A stretch of 64,000 nt of DNA from Octopus sinensis (lineage: Eukaryota): contig NC_042998.1 in assembly GCF_006345805.1 (NCBI RefSeq), positions 16,554,001-16,618,000 on the forward strand. Reading direction: 5' to 3'. The notes beneath the pieces are model-generated. The model did not search any database. It saw only the letters and a program-made list of their open reading frames with translations, and was not told the DNA's origin. The stretch's first letter is position 1. Every line of letters begins with the position of its first letter. Of this stretch, positions 26,780-41,574 are shown one piece after another. A program made the translations under genes and the position numbers.

Positions 26780-29687
26780 TGTATTTCTCTCTCTCCCCCT
26801 CTGCAGGCATATGCACACACGAATTCACGCACACCCGCACACACATACTCACATAAATCTATATTTAAATAAAAATATGTGTATGCCTATGTGTTGGTTA
26901 TGCAGGTGTTATTGTGATTTTTTTATTGTGTTATATAAACATGTATGTATTAAATAAATATCAAGAATCATATTCAGCTGAATGTTATTTATCTTTCTTT
27001 AATTATAAATCTCTTAATCAACGCGAGTACATTACATTGCAATCCCTGTCGATATATAAGCGCAATAAAATAGAAGGATTTTTGGCTGCTATACAAAAAT
27101 ATATGTACCTTTGTTTCTTCCTTCACTTCAATTCATATCTCCGTATAAAATTTCTTAAGATATAGTGTAAAATATATGTCATGCAAAACGGAATAGACTC
27201 ACGCACATACAAACATAAATTCACCATATTATAAACTGCCCTTCTCAACTCATAAAAAGCGGCTCCAAAGGCAGAGAAGTAGACCTAACTACAGAGAGCA
27301 ATTGTGCTGTCACACACCTCCTCACTGTAACTATATAGATGTAAAGATTCCACGTTCTCTGACTGTTTGATTAAATCATAACGTCAATTTTTCAAAAGTT
27401 CTATATACAGATTAGGGACTTCAGTGAACCGTAATTTCCTGTTGTGTAATCGGTCATACTGACTCGGGCGTGCTTTCTAGCGCATTGCCCGCGATCAAGA
27501 TCTATGAGCATAAAGAACATTCTCAGCAAAGTGAGAATGCACTATGACAATAATGCCATCCTGCAGTCCATGAAACACATCACTACATGTCGACGTCTAT
27601 ATGAATCTCCTTATCTTGACGAGCAAAATGTGTATCGATAAAGAAGGTTTCCATGTTTCATTTCATATTTCGCAAAAAACATATTCTTATATCAATATAT
27701 ATATACCTGTATGCATACAAACACAAACACAGACATACACTCACATACACATACACACACACATGCATGCAGAGATAGAGATAAATAAAATATATATATG
27801 TGTGTGTGTATGCATGTATACTTGTTCATGTGCTTTTTGACAATGTATCATAATAGCATTAAATGCTTTCTATTATGATTTTCTATTTTATATTGTATTA
27901 ATTCATCATCTGTCATTTACAATTGTCTTCTAATTTTATTAAACTCAGCATGAGTATAAAAAGATATAGAAAAAAGTAGTTTCCCTAATAAAATAACTGC
28001 ATATTGCGCGATGTATATTACAAGTATCAGGAAATGATGCTCCATTTATTCATATTTCGAGGTGTATTATTTACAAGCACGCGCATGTACACAGTAGTAC
28101 ATAAAATTAAAGAACGGACATAAACACTTTTTGTAAGACAATTCAGGTATGTTGCTACCTAAATTTAATCGGCTTCTATATTCATATATTATTATTTCCC
28201 TCTCTTCAATGGCTCAGAAATATTGTAGAACAGTACAGAAAAATATTTCATAGACACCGAAAATTGCATGTAGAATCAGACTTTGCATATATATATTTCT
28301 CACGCATAGTTAGATAAGTAACGGTGTAAATAAGTAAAATATAGTCTGCATTATATACCATCATTTACACAGAAAGCAGTGAAACAAAACAGTAACAATG
28401 CCGCGGTAAAATATCAAATGTGTATGTTAGTAATCAGTAGGTCACGACTTGTTACAAAGGGAAACAAGATGAAAGAGTATTTGTAACGATATAAGTATTT
28501 GTAAGACACGCCGGCAACTCTCCAAAATTGACGAAAGATTCAAAGTAAACTACTTTCATTAAGTATCAAACGAAATGTTACAGCACACAGAACACAGACT
28601 TTACACGAACAAATGTTCAAAGGCACTTGGCTGATTATTTATATTCAAGAAAATTACTTCTAGTGCTTTATACCTTTATAAAGTGTATAGTCTTATCCGA
28701 CCCATGACGTATCCTAATTTCTCATCGATATATTTTGACCCATTTCCATATTTTCTAAATATATATTTATCATTATAATCAAAATAATTCAGCAACGAAT
28801 AAATTTGGCTGAAATGAATTCGTATTTATTATTATAATCAAGGATAAATTCTGTATCAGATTTTATTTAGTTGCTAGCATGTAAAAGAACACTTATGTAA
28901 AAAATTAATACAAAGTATTTAAGTTTATAAATTCAATCATAAAATTATAACAAGGGTAACTACTGAGTATTTCCACATGCTAGAAGAAGACGTCAAATGC
29001 CTCAAAACTACAAGCTGAAAACGAGGAAATGAAGACAATAGTTTAAAGGTTTCTGGTATAGGGATGTTTACTATCCTCAGTATGACATAAGCGAAAGTAC
29101 ATAATTATAAACACCTATACATACCATACGAGAACACCGTATCCACAATGCAAATGCAAATGTTCTACTTATATACAAGATAAATATAGTTCGTTTGAAT
29201 AACCAGAATAATTCAGCAGCGAATAAATTTTGTTTAAGTGAATTCATATTTATCATTATAATCAAAGATAAAATCTATATACGTAACAATTTTTCTTCTC
29301 TTCCCTCTCCCTGCTATTTCTTCTTATTCTTCCGCCTTTCTCGAGTCAAACTTCAAACTGTTGCTCGATACGCCCCGCAAACCGTGACGTTTAAACTGTA
29401 TGTGGATTGGTCAAAACCATATTCCAAACTTCAGATTTCTGGAGCCTTCTACGAACTACAAAAAGGAAGGCGTCTGTCATTTTACATGTGTCACGAATCT
29501 AAATGTCACTAAAATATATTGTGAAATCTGATGATTACAACGAACGCATGAAGGTGCTATTTGAACATTATGAACATTACAGAATGTTTTTCCAATGTTT
29601 AAATCACCATGAATATGGTAGAAAAAGTCCAAAGAAGGGAAGACGGAGAAAGAAAATCGCCAACGATACACACGCGGTCACATATTG

Positions 29688-29739
<52 letters not shown>

Positions 29740-29768
29740 GAATGGAGTTGAACGACTTGTTAACAAAT

Positions 29769-29867
29769 TTCCTTTATTTTCAACATATGTTTCGAAGGCT
29801 GCATATGCCTAATTCCGAAGGAATAAGGAGTACATTATGCAGATTTCTCATCAGGAAAGGCGAGGAA
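29769..29867 (-). ncRNA. Type I hammerhead ribozyme with extended stem II
   Basis: TTCCT cgcc TTTC|CTGATGA|G..CTGCATA..ATTCC ttc GGAAT..TATGCAG..C|GAA|ACATATGT|T|GAAA ataa AGGAA. Confidence 0.8.
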
Positions 29868-30417
29868 CTTATGTCGACATCAAAATGCACAAAAAACTTT
29901 TAGCTGACTGCTCTCAAGGAGCCCATGGCGATAATGAGTGTCTGTTTATAAGGAGTGACGTCAGAATGGCTGAATGTAGAAGAATATAGAAGGATCTAAA
30001 GGTTCAAGGGTTCAAACGAAGTAGGAGGAGGGAGGCATAAGAATAGTAAGGTGAGAGGGTGCAGGTCAAAAGAATGGTGGGTTTAATTGATTTCTTTTTT
30101 GAATGAGTGCCTGTGTGTGTGACCGTATATAACTGTCATAATGTGTGTATGTGTGTGTGTGAATGCGTGATTGTGTTTGTGGACGGGTAGATGTCAGAAA
30201 ACTGACAGCTGTGAGGTGAGAGGTCTGTGTCTGTGTGTTCAATTGTGTTTACTGTAGAGAAAGGGAAGTAGAGAGAGAAAGGGAGGAAGAGTCGGGCGAG
30301 GTGAGAGGTAACGCTGGGATGGGTAGTAGTTCTTGGAATTATAAGAAAATCTTTTGACTATTGGGGTGCAATATAACAAAACTTTTTTGGAAATCGAGGG
30401 GTTAACTATATTAGTCA

Positions 30418-30789
30418 CTATTCATATGAGTGAAAGATGTGTCGTTTCCAGTGTAAACACCTGTAGGACCTTTCGACGATTGTATTTATTAAAGGGACTT
30501 TGGCGAACAAAATATGAAAAAGTTCGGAATTACAGATGCCACAACATTTTCTGCCCTTATCAAACGGGAAGGACATCGACAAAATGGACCATTCCAGCTT
30601 GAAAGTAGTATTATTGTTCTTCAGACGCCAGACTAATTTGCTTAGCCCCGTGCTGTGTTGCTTTCTCTTATCTCTGAAAGTAGAATAATGGTTAGAAACC
30701 CTTTGGGCTAATTTAGAGGAGGTTGCGCCAATGTAGAAGTAGACATCGGTTCCGGAAGTAATTTTGCATTGGTAAGTGGTGTTTCTAAT
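30418..30789 (-). CDS. GIY-YIG endonuclease domain of a Penelope-like (Neptune-type) element; open frame without start codon, missed by the ORF track
   Basis: IRNTTYQCKITSGTDVYFYIGATSSKLAQRVSNHYSTFRDKRKQHSTGLSKLVWRLKNNNTTFKLEWSIL...CCGICNSELFHIL...LINTIVERSYRCLHWKRHIFHSYE*; no stop until the terminal TAG. Confidence 0.8.
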   Translation of the reverse strand: MRNTTYQCKITSGTDVYFYIGATSSKLAQRVSNHYSTFRDKRKQHSTGLSKLVWRLKNNNTTFKLEWSILSMSFPFDKGRKCCGICNSELFHILFAKVPLINTIVERSYRCLHWKRHIFHSYE

Positions 30790-31129
30790 TTTGGAATTTT
30801 TGGATAAGAACTTTTAAACTGTTGGGTTTGGTTTCCGATACTAAGACACAGTTTTTATTGTTGTGATAGGTGTAAAAATTGTTGCTGGCTTTGGCCATGA
30901 TACTATTCATCTTATTATCATTACTATTAGTTGTAATATCGTCGGCGAATTCCCTGGCTATAGGAATGCTGCGATTGTTATCATCAATAATATAACTGTT
31001 ATTAAGAATGCTGTTCCTATTATCACTAACACCACCACTGTTAATAATCTGGTTAATGTTATTATCATTATTACTATTGCTAACGCCAATGCTGCTATGA
31101 ATGTTGCTAACATCCATACTACTTCTATT

Positions 31130-31188
<59 letters not shown>

Positions 31189-31657
31189 GGTAATTCACAA
31201 AAAAAACAAAGGACGAAGAAAGGTGGTGTAGACAAAAAACAAATGTATTACTTGAACGCTCGGGAAGTGAAAAGTCTCTAACAATTCGAGCCTACGTTCT
31301 TCCACAGACAGGGACACTGAAAGGAACAAGGAGAGAAAATAAAGATGATGTAGTCGCTAGTAATCTATCATGGCGAATGACGGACAGAGGGGTCACACAG
31401 AGAGGTAGGAAGAAGGGGAGATAATAAAGTAATGGCAATCCCCAAACGAAGGTGCGCGTGCGTGTGTTTAAGAGACTATGTATGTCCGTGTGGAAGAGGG
31501 CTGGTGACCCACACTTGTGCATATTGTAAATCTAAGAAATGGATTTACAACTTCAATATCCATACATATCTTGCATATTTTGCATCTATTTTCTTTCCTC
31601 CACATCGCTCTCTATTTTGTATCACATCTTAACTAACTATGACTTTCATCACACACC

Positions 31658-31709
31658 GTCTCCGATAAAGGAATATAATTAATAAATATCCTAGAAACAG
31701 CTGTAAGAC
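31658..31709 (+). ncRNA. Degenerate minimal HHR-like motif (CCGA core family, copy 2)
   Basis: GTCT|CCGATAA|A GGAATAT..ATATCCT A|GAA|ACAGCTGT|A|AGAC; 8-nt palindromic stem III and GUA triplet. Confidence 0.55.
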
Positions 31710-31796
31710 CTTCTAACTATAAATGCTATAATATGCACACAGCCTTGGCTTTTTTATCTTATTACTCAAAAAAAAATCTTTATATATATATATATA

Positions 31797-31959
31797 GGCG
31801 CAGGAGTGGCTGTGTGGTAAGTAGCTTGCTAACCAACCACATGGTTCCGGGTTCAGTCCCACTGCGTGGCATCTTGGGCAAGTGTCTTCTGCTATAGCCC
31901 CGGGCCGACCAATGCCTTGTGAGTGGATTTGGTAGACGGAAACTGAAAGAAGCCTGTCG

Positions 31960-31990
<31 letters not shown>

Positions 31991-32208
31991 TTGTGTGTCT
32001 GTGTTTGTCCCCCTAGCATCACTTGACAACCGATGCTAGTGTGTTTACGTCCCCGTCAGCTAGCGGTTCGGCCAAAAAAGAGACCGATAGAATAAGTAAT
32101 GGGCTTACAAAGAATAAGTCCCGGGGTCGATTTGCTCGATTAAAGGCGGTGCTCCAGCATGGCCGCAGTCAAATGACTGAAACAAGTAAAAGAGAAAAAG
32201 AGAAAGAG

Positions 32209-32209
<1 letters not shown>
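31797..32209 (+). mobile_element. tRNA-derived SINE, family A (full length)
   Basis: A/B-box-like head (GTGGCTGTGTGGTAAG; GGTTCAGTCCC), CORE-like CTTGGGCAAGT, internal (TA)n, (AG)-rich tail. Confidence 0.92.
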
Positions 32210-32260
<51 letters not shown>

Positions 32261-33182
32261 GAGATAGAGACGCGAATATATTCAGAGATTGAGAGAAACC
32301 TAGGTGTTGTGAATATTACAGATATGTAGATAGATAGATTTACGCATGTATACATATATGATTGATAGAAGCATATCTATACGTATAAGAATATAAATCT
32401 CTATGTATATGCTTATGCATATACGTAATTCGCCACTTTACCTCACAGCATGAAAATTCACATAATTAAAGGGTAAAATTCATTAGTACGTCTTCACAAA
32501 CTTCAAAATTTTGTTTTCAATCCATGCTGCTTAATTTGATATTTCTCAGTGCTAAAATAGAAATACAAAATAAATTTTACATTGATAATTCTCCATTCAT
32601 TAGTGACTTCACAATCTTACAAAATACTTGCAATGGCCCTAAGTAAAAATGTTTTGTCTCAACTAAAATCATGCTTAAATTGTTATCGCTACAGATGATC
32701 GTAGTAATTGTATACAGTTTATGAAATCATAAAATCAAAATTCCGTCTGCGAAAATGGAAGACATGTGGTGTTTATAGGTACATTAATTAATAAGAATCA
32801 TACTTGAAAATCAAACATCATGCACCATAATCGAACGCAATACATTTGCATTACCTACTTACAAATATATTAATTATGTTTGGATTAGCCGGTATACATT
32901 TCAGTAATGGTTATGCAGGCGAATACGGTTGCTCAGTGGAATGTGTGTCATAGCGTTGATAGTGAGAGTGAATGACGATGGCATCGTTACAATTTTGAGA
33001 TTACTGTTACGCAACGTTTCACATTCTAACTCTTCATAAACAATACATTACATAAAACATAAAGAAACAAATTCATACTTATTTCTCCCGCTCTCACACT
33101 CTCTGTCTCTGTATACACTCACACCCACACAAATGTATATACAGAGAGAGAGAAGGGGAGAGAGAGAATGACAGACAGAGAC

Positions 33183-33243
<61 letters not shown>

Positions 33244-33250
33244 CATATAT

Positions 33251-33396
<146 letters not shown>

Positions 33397-33397
33397 G

Positions 33398-33585
33398 GGT
33401 GGCACGTAAAAAGCACCCACTACACTCACGGAGTGGTTGGCGTTAGGAAGGGCATCCAGCCGTAGAAACACTGTCAGATTTGACTGGGCCTGACGAAGCC
33501 TTCTGGCTTCACAGACCCCAGTAGAACCGTCCAACCCATGCTAGCATGGAAAACGGATGCTAAACGATGATGATGATGATGATGA
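33398..33585 (+). mobile_element. SINE 3' portion with (GAT)n tail
   Basis: GAGTGGTTGGCGTTAGGAAGGGCATCCAGCCGTAGAAA...AAACGATGATGATGAT. Confidence 0.75.
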
Positions 33586-33859
33586 TACATATATATAATG
33601 AAAGATGTGATTAACACCTTATAGAAAACATGGCATAAAGATCAACAAACTACGCAAATAATAAATAGTAAATACTACTACAATTTACTATATATTATTT
33701 TTGTACTTTGTTGATTTTTAAAATAATCTGTTTATAGTATACGTTTTCTATATGGTGTGAATAACATCTTTCATTATTGAATTGTTTGATAGAGGATTTT
33801 TCTCTAAATTATATACATATATTATATATTGTGAAATATACTATAAAACACCAAACATC

Positions 33860-34400
33860 GAACACCGATATGACCTTCTGTTCAGATTCCTCATGTTTGA
33901 CAACAGGTTCTGAAATCTGACCGGAACGAAATCTCTGCTTTCTCTTGTTAGTATTGCGAAAACAGAACCATTTTCATCCCCAGTTACAATTCACAGCCTT
34001 AAAAGTGCATCTCGAGGATTCACCAGTAGTAGTTTGCGAATGTCCACAAATCACTGAGTTTAGTTATTGGGCATTCATGAAGAACATTCTCGACAGGGTC
34101 TGTTTACAAGGCCAACTTTATGGCAGGGTCAAATAAAGGACCAAGTACTACTGACAATGAAAGAGTGCTTGTGTCTGATGTTTAAACATTTCAAGTAAAT
34201 CCTCATCTTTCACAATAGAAGGCCCGCCTTGGTGTGTCATCAAGACTGGTGTTCCCCATCTTTGGAACGTCTGATACAGTTTTGCGTTACAATTATAACC
34301 GGGCCTTCCACATCATTAATTTCATTTGCGCAGCTCTTGCGTTAAGTCCATTTTCACACAGAAAGCGTAAAATGGTTATAATTACATTTTTTTACCGCTC
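33860..34400 (-). pseudogene. mariner transposase remnant
   Basis: Frameshifted ILRFLCENGLNARAA, SLDDTPR, IVTGDE(K)W and KRKQ motifs. Confidence 0.8.
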
Positions 34401-35204
34401 ATTTAAAAGAATATTCTATTAATATTTGTATGTGATATATGAAAATAAAGTATAAACAATTCAGCAACTATCAGAAAGAAACTTTTATCAAATGATTGTA
34501 ATAACATGGAGATACAGTTTACTAAACTAAACTGTTGACTCAATCTGGTATGTAACAATACAGCAATAAATTCGATCGCATATATATGTTTAGAAAAGGC
34601 ATGCCTTCAAATCACACCATAATTGTTACTTCGTTTTAATTGCGTACGTCGATTATCGTGTAATTATTGAAGGCTTATACATAATTAGTAACACATTTAC
34701 CAGGAAAAGATCGTTTAAAACATGGTATATATTTTAAGGACACTTTACAAGTTGAGACCAAAAAGTAAGAATTTAAAATTAAAAACTATCTGCAATTAAT
34801 ATTTAATTACAATGATTGAATATCGGTTGATATATTTTGCACTCACAAATTTAAGCTATATTAAAAGATATAAAGAATCTTATGCATCAGAATAAATTCA
34901 TTACTATGATCTATGTGATAAATTGTAACATTACACTTAGATTAATAAAGGAAATTGTTATTCATTTCACGACATTTTTCTATCATACATATAGAATGTC
35001 AGGTTAAAAGCGGTGTTATTCTAATTCCTTTAACGATTTATATTATCTGTTACATCTGACAATCATATGCCCTATAAACCCAAGGAGACTACTTTGAATG
35101 TCATAATTTGTCATTGGACTACTCTCATGTCATGATTTTTCAATTTTGAAATTAAATATATCTTGTATGTGTATTCATTTTTGCACATCTCTTTGTCCCC
35201 CGTG

Positions 35205-35251
<47 letters not shown>

Positions 35252-36359
35252 CTACATATGTGTAGGTACCTATATATGTATAATATATATGAGAGTGTAT
35301 GCATATGTACACACAGCATGGCAAACACGTGCGTACTCATAACTGTATATACATATACATATATATACATGTATATATACATACATATATATATATATGT
35401 ATATATACATAGATATAGATATGTGGTGTGTGTAACTACATATGAGTTATATGTGTCTGTGTGTATGTATGATGACTATTGTGTAGTTCGGTATGTTTGT
35501 GAGTAAACTATATTGGCATTTATTTCTGGAGGTTCGTGTGCTTGTGTGGTATATGTGAGTGGGTTTATATCGAAGGGTGTTTCTGTATATATGTATTCAG
35601 TTATAAGTATCAGGTTTAGCCACGCACCTCGTCGAGATAAATGTCTAAGCAAGTACATATGATTGTCATCTCAATGAAAAATTACCATTAATTCATTAAC
35701 ATCACTTTCGAAAATGTGATTTGATTAATTTAGGACTAATTTTGTGATACTGATACCGCAACAGTTATGAAAAAGTTATTCATAATATATGTATCCTTGA
35801 TATTCATCAAAACTGAAGAATTGTGTCGATCGCTGCACAAAATCCCCATTATGCAGGGTATGAAACAAAGTATAGTAATGGCGCACAACAACAGTCTTGT
35901 GTTGGTCTTTACCTTTATATAATTTTGACGTTTCGCATAAAACATTTAGCCAATCCAATTTAAAAGCAGTTCTACAAATATATATTTTGTTGTATTTTTT
36001 AAACTAGCACTGCCAACTACCATCCCGAGATTATATGACTTGAAATGTTAATACAACATCAATTCCATACACAACACTCATGGTCATCTATAAAATGAGT
36101 TGTTTCTACAGCAGCATGAGGGCACAATCTTATACACAAACAGATACACATACACGCACACATGTATATAAGTTTTAAAGTTATCATCTGAACACTTAAT
36201 ACTAGTGTGAATCCAAATTCTTTTGGCGTAACCCAGTTAATGTGAACTTCACCATATATTTGAATAGATTTGTGTTTAAGTGAATGTCTGCATTTGCTTT
36301 TTTCGTTTTCAGTTGTAAACTAGACTTCTATAGTTGTATTTTTAAATAAATTATTACGT

Positions 36360-37147
36360 GGCTGCTACAGCAGGTGATGACGCTCCAGTTTTATGAAGAG
36401 TGCAAATGTGGGAAGCTGAATTAATGAGAGGAAGATGTTGAAGATGACGCAAGGTTTTGAGCTACTACAGCTGCCACCTAAGAATATAATGATCTTGTTC
36501 ACAACATATTGTTGGATGACAGATGATTGAATATAAATCAAATAACGAATGCCGTTACATATTCTATAACAGATTTGAGAATATTCTTCACACTGAACTC
36601 GGCACACCGAACGTTTCTGGCCGGGAGTGCCATGTCTTCTGATATTTTATCAAAAGTGTACCGGGCCGTGTTTTTTGACTACATTGAAAAGGGCCAAACC
36701 TTCAATGCAGTGTACAATGCCAAGTGGCTGTGGTAGTTATGAAAGTCTATCAAGAACAAATGCCCAAGAAAGGAGCCTTCTCTTGTCAGGGCAATGCTCC
36801 ATCACACAAGTCCTTGTTCTCAATAACTGTTTTGCGTGACTGTCTGTGAACTCCATATTCTGATTTTGCCCTATCTGACTATCATCTGCTCCCTAACATC
36901 AGTAAAAAAAACCCACTTATCTGGGATTCGTTATCACACTGACGTTGACACCATATCTGCTGTGGAAGACGTTTGTGACCAGTAGAATGAAAATATCTTC
37001 AACAATGGGATCCAAAAACTGCAACACCGATGGAAGACCAAACATGTGCAGATCAATGGGACTATGCTGAAAAATTAACCTCATTCGGTTACATTCCATG
37101 AGAGTGTCTTCCTTAATATACAATTTTTTTTCTGCCGAGAGCCGTGA

Positions 37148-37150
<3 letters not shown>
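36360..37150 (+). pseudogene. mariner transposase remnant (internally deleted, irritans-like)
   Basis: VEDDAR, VHNILLDDR, FFDYIEKGQTFNA, QGNAPSH, ALSDYHLLPN and GIQKLQHRW motifs. Confidence 0.85.
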
Positions 37151-37209
<59 letters not shown>

Positions 37210-40200
37210 ACTTCATCCCCCCTTTCGCTATGTTTCGTTCTTACTCTCTAACAGTGTATGATTTAAACGTTTACAAATTGTCACCATCTGTAGTGTATGC
37301 ATTCCTCCTGCACATCTTATTGTATCGTTTATTCTGTTTCTTTTTCTCCATCCACTCTTTCTGTCTCTCTCCCCCGCCTGTCTCTCTCGCACTCTCCCTT
37401 TCTCTATGTCTCTCTTAAGCTCTCTAAGTAATGTAAAGCATGACTGGAGTAGTCAATCAACCATTATTTTATCATTTATTATTACATCGAGATGATTATA
37501 TCTTCCATGTGTAATTTCATGACATTGAGTGAAATCATGAAACGTTCTATGTTTCTATGTTTCATGTTTTCATGTTACGTGTTTTCAATTTAATATTTTC
37601 GTGTTGCCCTTTTTCTTTCTCTCACGGGGTTTTATATGCGTTGAACATTGTAATTTCAAATTAGCTTTCACACTATCATATTTTTTCTGATTATTTTCCG
37701 AATTATCATAAAGTATTTTGTAACATTAAATAATGATGCATTCTACTGAGACTAGATAATATCATATAAAATATATTACACTGGAAGTTGACGATACACT
37801 GAGATGCCTGTGAAATGGTTTAATATATAGAAATTATTTTTGCAGGTGAGAGAAATGGCCGTTTAAGTTAGATTTATCATATCCAAAAGAAAGTAAATTA
37901 AATACATGTTAACAAATTTTAACCCCGCATGGCTGTCGCAGCAACACGAGGCTCTGCTAGGTTTTATATGTTTCGCTCCAAATAATAGCAGATATAAAGT
38001 TTTAAAGAAAATCTCCCGAGACTTCAAATGAGAGTTAATACCATGTTTGAATCAAATAATTATTCAGTTGCATTCAACGCCAGGGGAAATATGCACTTCT
38101 ATATTAGTGGATTCAGTTAATATCAACGTGGCAAATATAATCTGCTTCCTAGCAACACTCAATCCAAGATTTATAGCGATATTCTATTTGAGAATTTTAA
38201 CCTAACAAAGCCTTCAATCTCTCGACTATTGAACAGGATTTCTCTTACGTCCACCGTAAAATATTTTGTTGATACCGATAAGTGATCTCGTCGAAAGTGT
38301 GATGAGCATGGCTGTAATGCGAGATTCACAGAAATAAAGCATGATCAAAACCTATAGAAATATATGCGCAGTTACCTGACTTTCTGAATTCAGAAGTGAA
38401 ATTTACTTAAATCGCTGCGTTCTTGATTTTTCCATCAAGGATAATTAGAGATTGAATAATTAAAATACGTACTTTATACGTCACCGTCACACACTAAAAC
38501 AAGTAAATATTTTGAAAGAAATTACGATAAAACAATTGCTTTCGCTTCGCATGCAGTGGCCACGGGTATTTTGTTGGCTATACTGATAGTGGATGTAAAC
38601 AATTCTAGGGTTAATCCCGATAAATTGGTCTGGCTATAGTTCACAGTGAATACCTAGCATGGAGTCAAGTAATAAAAGATAGTGAGTAAAAATGACAAAG
38701 AATACGAATTAAAAGATAAAATGAAGACAGATAAATATACAGTAAGTATACACGTGTTGAGATGAAAACATATATAGACATACATAGACACCACACCACA
38801 AGCAGGCGACCACAAGATGCCATACGAAACCGAGTATATTTAGTGAATTATCTTATCTAAAACGAGACACCAAACGTGGTGCACTCCGCAACGGTGGATA
38901 CAACACAACTAACAGTATAATAGCTCTCCGGCAAGGGACAGGTGCGTGACTGGTCGAAATGATCGTTGTGTTGAATGAAGATACCTGCTAACTCCATTTA
39001 CCGTTTCTTTCATTCATTATATATAGGTTTGTGTCGCTGTGCGTGAGTGTATATGTGTGTGTGTCTGTGTATGTGTGTGATGGGGTTGCAGATTATACTT
39101 ACGATTTTAATATAGATATATATGTTCTGAAATTAATATTTTGAAGTCTTCTGTCCATGTTGTCATTTGAACTGGAAATTTTTACACTGCATAACTATTT
39201 CTTTCAAAAGATTGGGATTTGGTGAAATTGGATACAGAATATAAACTGAGTTCTCCTTTTCAGTATTAGGCATTACTGAAAAAGTAAAATAATAAACAGC
39301 GACATATCTGTTTATTCCGAAAACACTACTAATAATATATTCGATTGTCGAATGATATAAGCACGTCTACAGCCACAAGCATATTCAAGAATATGCATGT
39401 TGAGAAATTACCTGAAATTGCTGTATGATTGGAATAGTAGGATAGCTGGAGATAATTACTGTAGAACATTTATGATCATATAGCTTATAGGTTCTCCTAG
39501 GGCCTGTTTGCGACACTCTAGTAACGGAACGTCAGTGGTTTTAAGTCCAATGGACCATGCCTTAATGAGCAATGCATTAAGGACAAAATAATTTAATCCT
39601 GGAAAGTGTACGTATATACAAATATTTTATTGTATGAAATATTTCAATAAAGCGTTCGTGTGTTTGGATTGGTAGATTTAAGAAGCCATATATATGCAAA
39701 ATATTTTCAATAATAATTAAGTGAATATTTGTATTTATATATACATAAATAATAATTTTGTTCTTGCTAGCTTCATAAATAAAGAATGTTAGAAATGGAA
39801 TAGGGAAATACTAATTACAGTTAACATACATGCACTAAGCGTCATATTATCTGTAAATACAAGTTCGAATAACTTTAACCTAAAGCAGTGCAATAACCTA
39901 AACAGTGCAATATAATTTAGGAATATTGGCGCATACCCATCTAAGTTTAAGCATCTTTAAGATAATTGTCAGCAATATTTTAGTTGAATGATATCAAATA
40001 TAACTTCAGTTGAAGATATGGAAATGCAAATCCCTGTGTCAATTCATTCAAGAATTTGGGATCCCAATAGCAAAACTAATTAATCTCAGTTCCGAAGCGT
40101 TATTCTCAGCTTCGTTTACATATTTCAGATATATTGCGGTCTTCCGTGTAGTTCCTGTAATAACATATGCTGAGCTTCGAACTTGTAATCTCCACATTCT

Positions 40201-40374
40201 TTGTTGTTTTATAAGCCAAAAATGCACCGCATTTATTTTGCAACCATCCCAGCAAAAGATCTGGCCCTGGCTTAGTTCTCATGAGTTATTTTGTAGTCGT
40301 ATTAATTTGTTTACTGTTGATTCAGCTGATGTAGTTACAGTCGAATTATGGAGTGAATTTTAGGGCTTATAAAT

Positions 40375-40870
40375 CTAATTTTTCCTATCTTTCATGAATA
40401 CCGGTTCCGATATGCTACTCATATCTGCACTTGATCTGCTTAAGAGGTTATTATGCCCTAGTATATATGCTGCGTCTTTTAGTTTTCGTAATTTCAAGCG
40501 GTGCCCTCTGCCTCTTCTTATAACTTCATCCCCCAGGGGTAGGTGGTCTCCGCTTTTCCATACATGATCAGTTATACCTGATTTATCAATATCTCCTCGT
40601 GTCACAGCTTTGCGATGTCGCATCTAATCTTATTTAGAGAGGGCGGCATGTTGCATGTTTGGCTTTTGTATAACCTACCACAGCTGCATGGGATAGAGTA
40701 CTCGCAGTCTTTGGTCATATTTTCTTCTATTGGTGATTTTATTCGAAGGAGATATGCGTGAAGTGTTGTATTGACAGTGTTTTGCCTTTCCATCAGTGAC
40801 ACAGTGAGTTGCATTTCCATCAAATATTTTTTCAACTAAAGTTATATTTGATATCATTCTACTAAAATAT
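40375..40870 (-). mobile_element. Penelope-like GIY-YIG endonuclease remnant (second family)
   Basis: YSIPCSCGRLYK...RHRKAVTRGDIDKSGITDHVWK...RKLKDAAYI, with frameshifts. Confidence 0.8.
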
Positions 40871-40891
40871 TGCTGAAAAGGTTCAGGGTTC

Positions 40892-40943
<52 letters not shown>

Positions 40944-40945
40944 TA

Positions 40946-41455
40946 ACATACAGACCGAACCATCAAAGCCAATAAACCAGATATTGTTGTGAAAGACCAG
41001 AAAAATTAAGTTTGCTTATTGATTGACATGAGCATCCCCTGTGATCATAATATCTCGGGGAATGAGTTTGACAAGCTCAGAAAATATAAAGACCTGCTCA
41101 TTGAAATTGAGAAAATGTGGCATCTCAAGGCGGTTACAATACCAGTGATCGTAGAAGCACAAGGAATGATCAAGAAGGGAACCGAAAATTATATGAGAAT
41201 GATCCCGGGCTTACCATCCCTGCAAGAAGTGCAAAAGATTGTCTTAACTGGTACATCGCACGTATTGAGAAGAGCATTGTCGATGTGAGAACTATTACTA
41301 CCCATGTATTTTAATTTAACTTAAAAAAAATGAACGATCTATTGAGTTTGGTTTAATGGCCTACCAATGTATACTATGAGTTTCTTTGCCCTAGGAGTCG
41401 GGATGACGCTCGGCAAGGAATGGAAGCAAATTTGAAAGAAGAAGAAAAAAAATAG
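40946..41455 (+). mobile_element. R4/Dong-like LINE 3' end with RLE domain, between (AAT)n tracts
   Basis: ANKPDIVVKD...LIDMSIPCD...DKLRKYKDL...IPVIV...EVQKIVLTGTSHVLRRALSM*. Confidence 0.9.
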
Positions 41456-41485
41456 TAATTATAATAATAATAATAATAATAATAA

Positions 41486-41574
<89 letters not shown>

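Larger units (their letters stand above)
29736..31125 (-). mobile_element. ~1.4-kb Penelope-like element (GIY-YIG plus HHR, no RT seen) between microsatellites
   Basis: EN domain followed ~550 bp downstream by an HHR on the same strand; (TA)n at both ends. Confidence 0.7.

Noticed and set aside
27440-27650. ~60-codon open frame as a host exon
   Set aside because: No recognisable domain or convincing splice sites.
28763-29280. ~75-bp diverged direct repeat (about 28788-28860 and 29210-29280)
   Set aside because: AT-rich local duplication with no further structure.
31273-31310. GTCT GTGGAAGA ACGTAGGCT CGAATT GTTAG AGAC on minus as a decayed HHR
   Set aside because: Core register is ambiguous and GAAA is mutated; too degenerate to call from one copy.
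33462-33510. GAAAC-ACT-GTC ... CTGACGA as a type II HHR
   Set aside because: Lies within SINE body sequence, and stem I cannot close.
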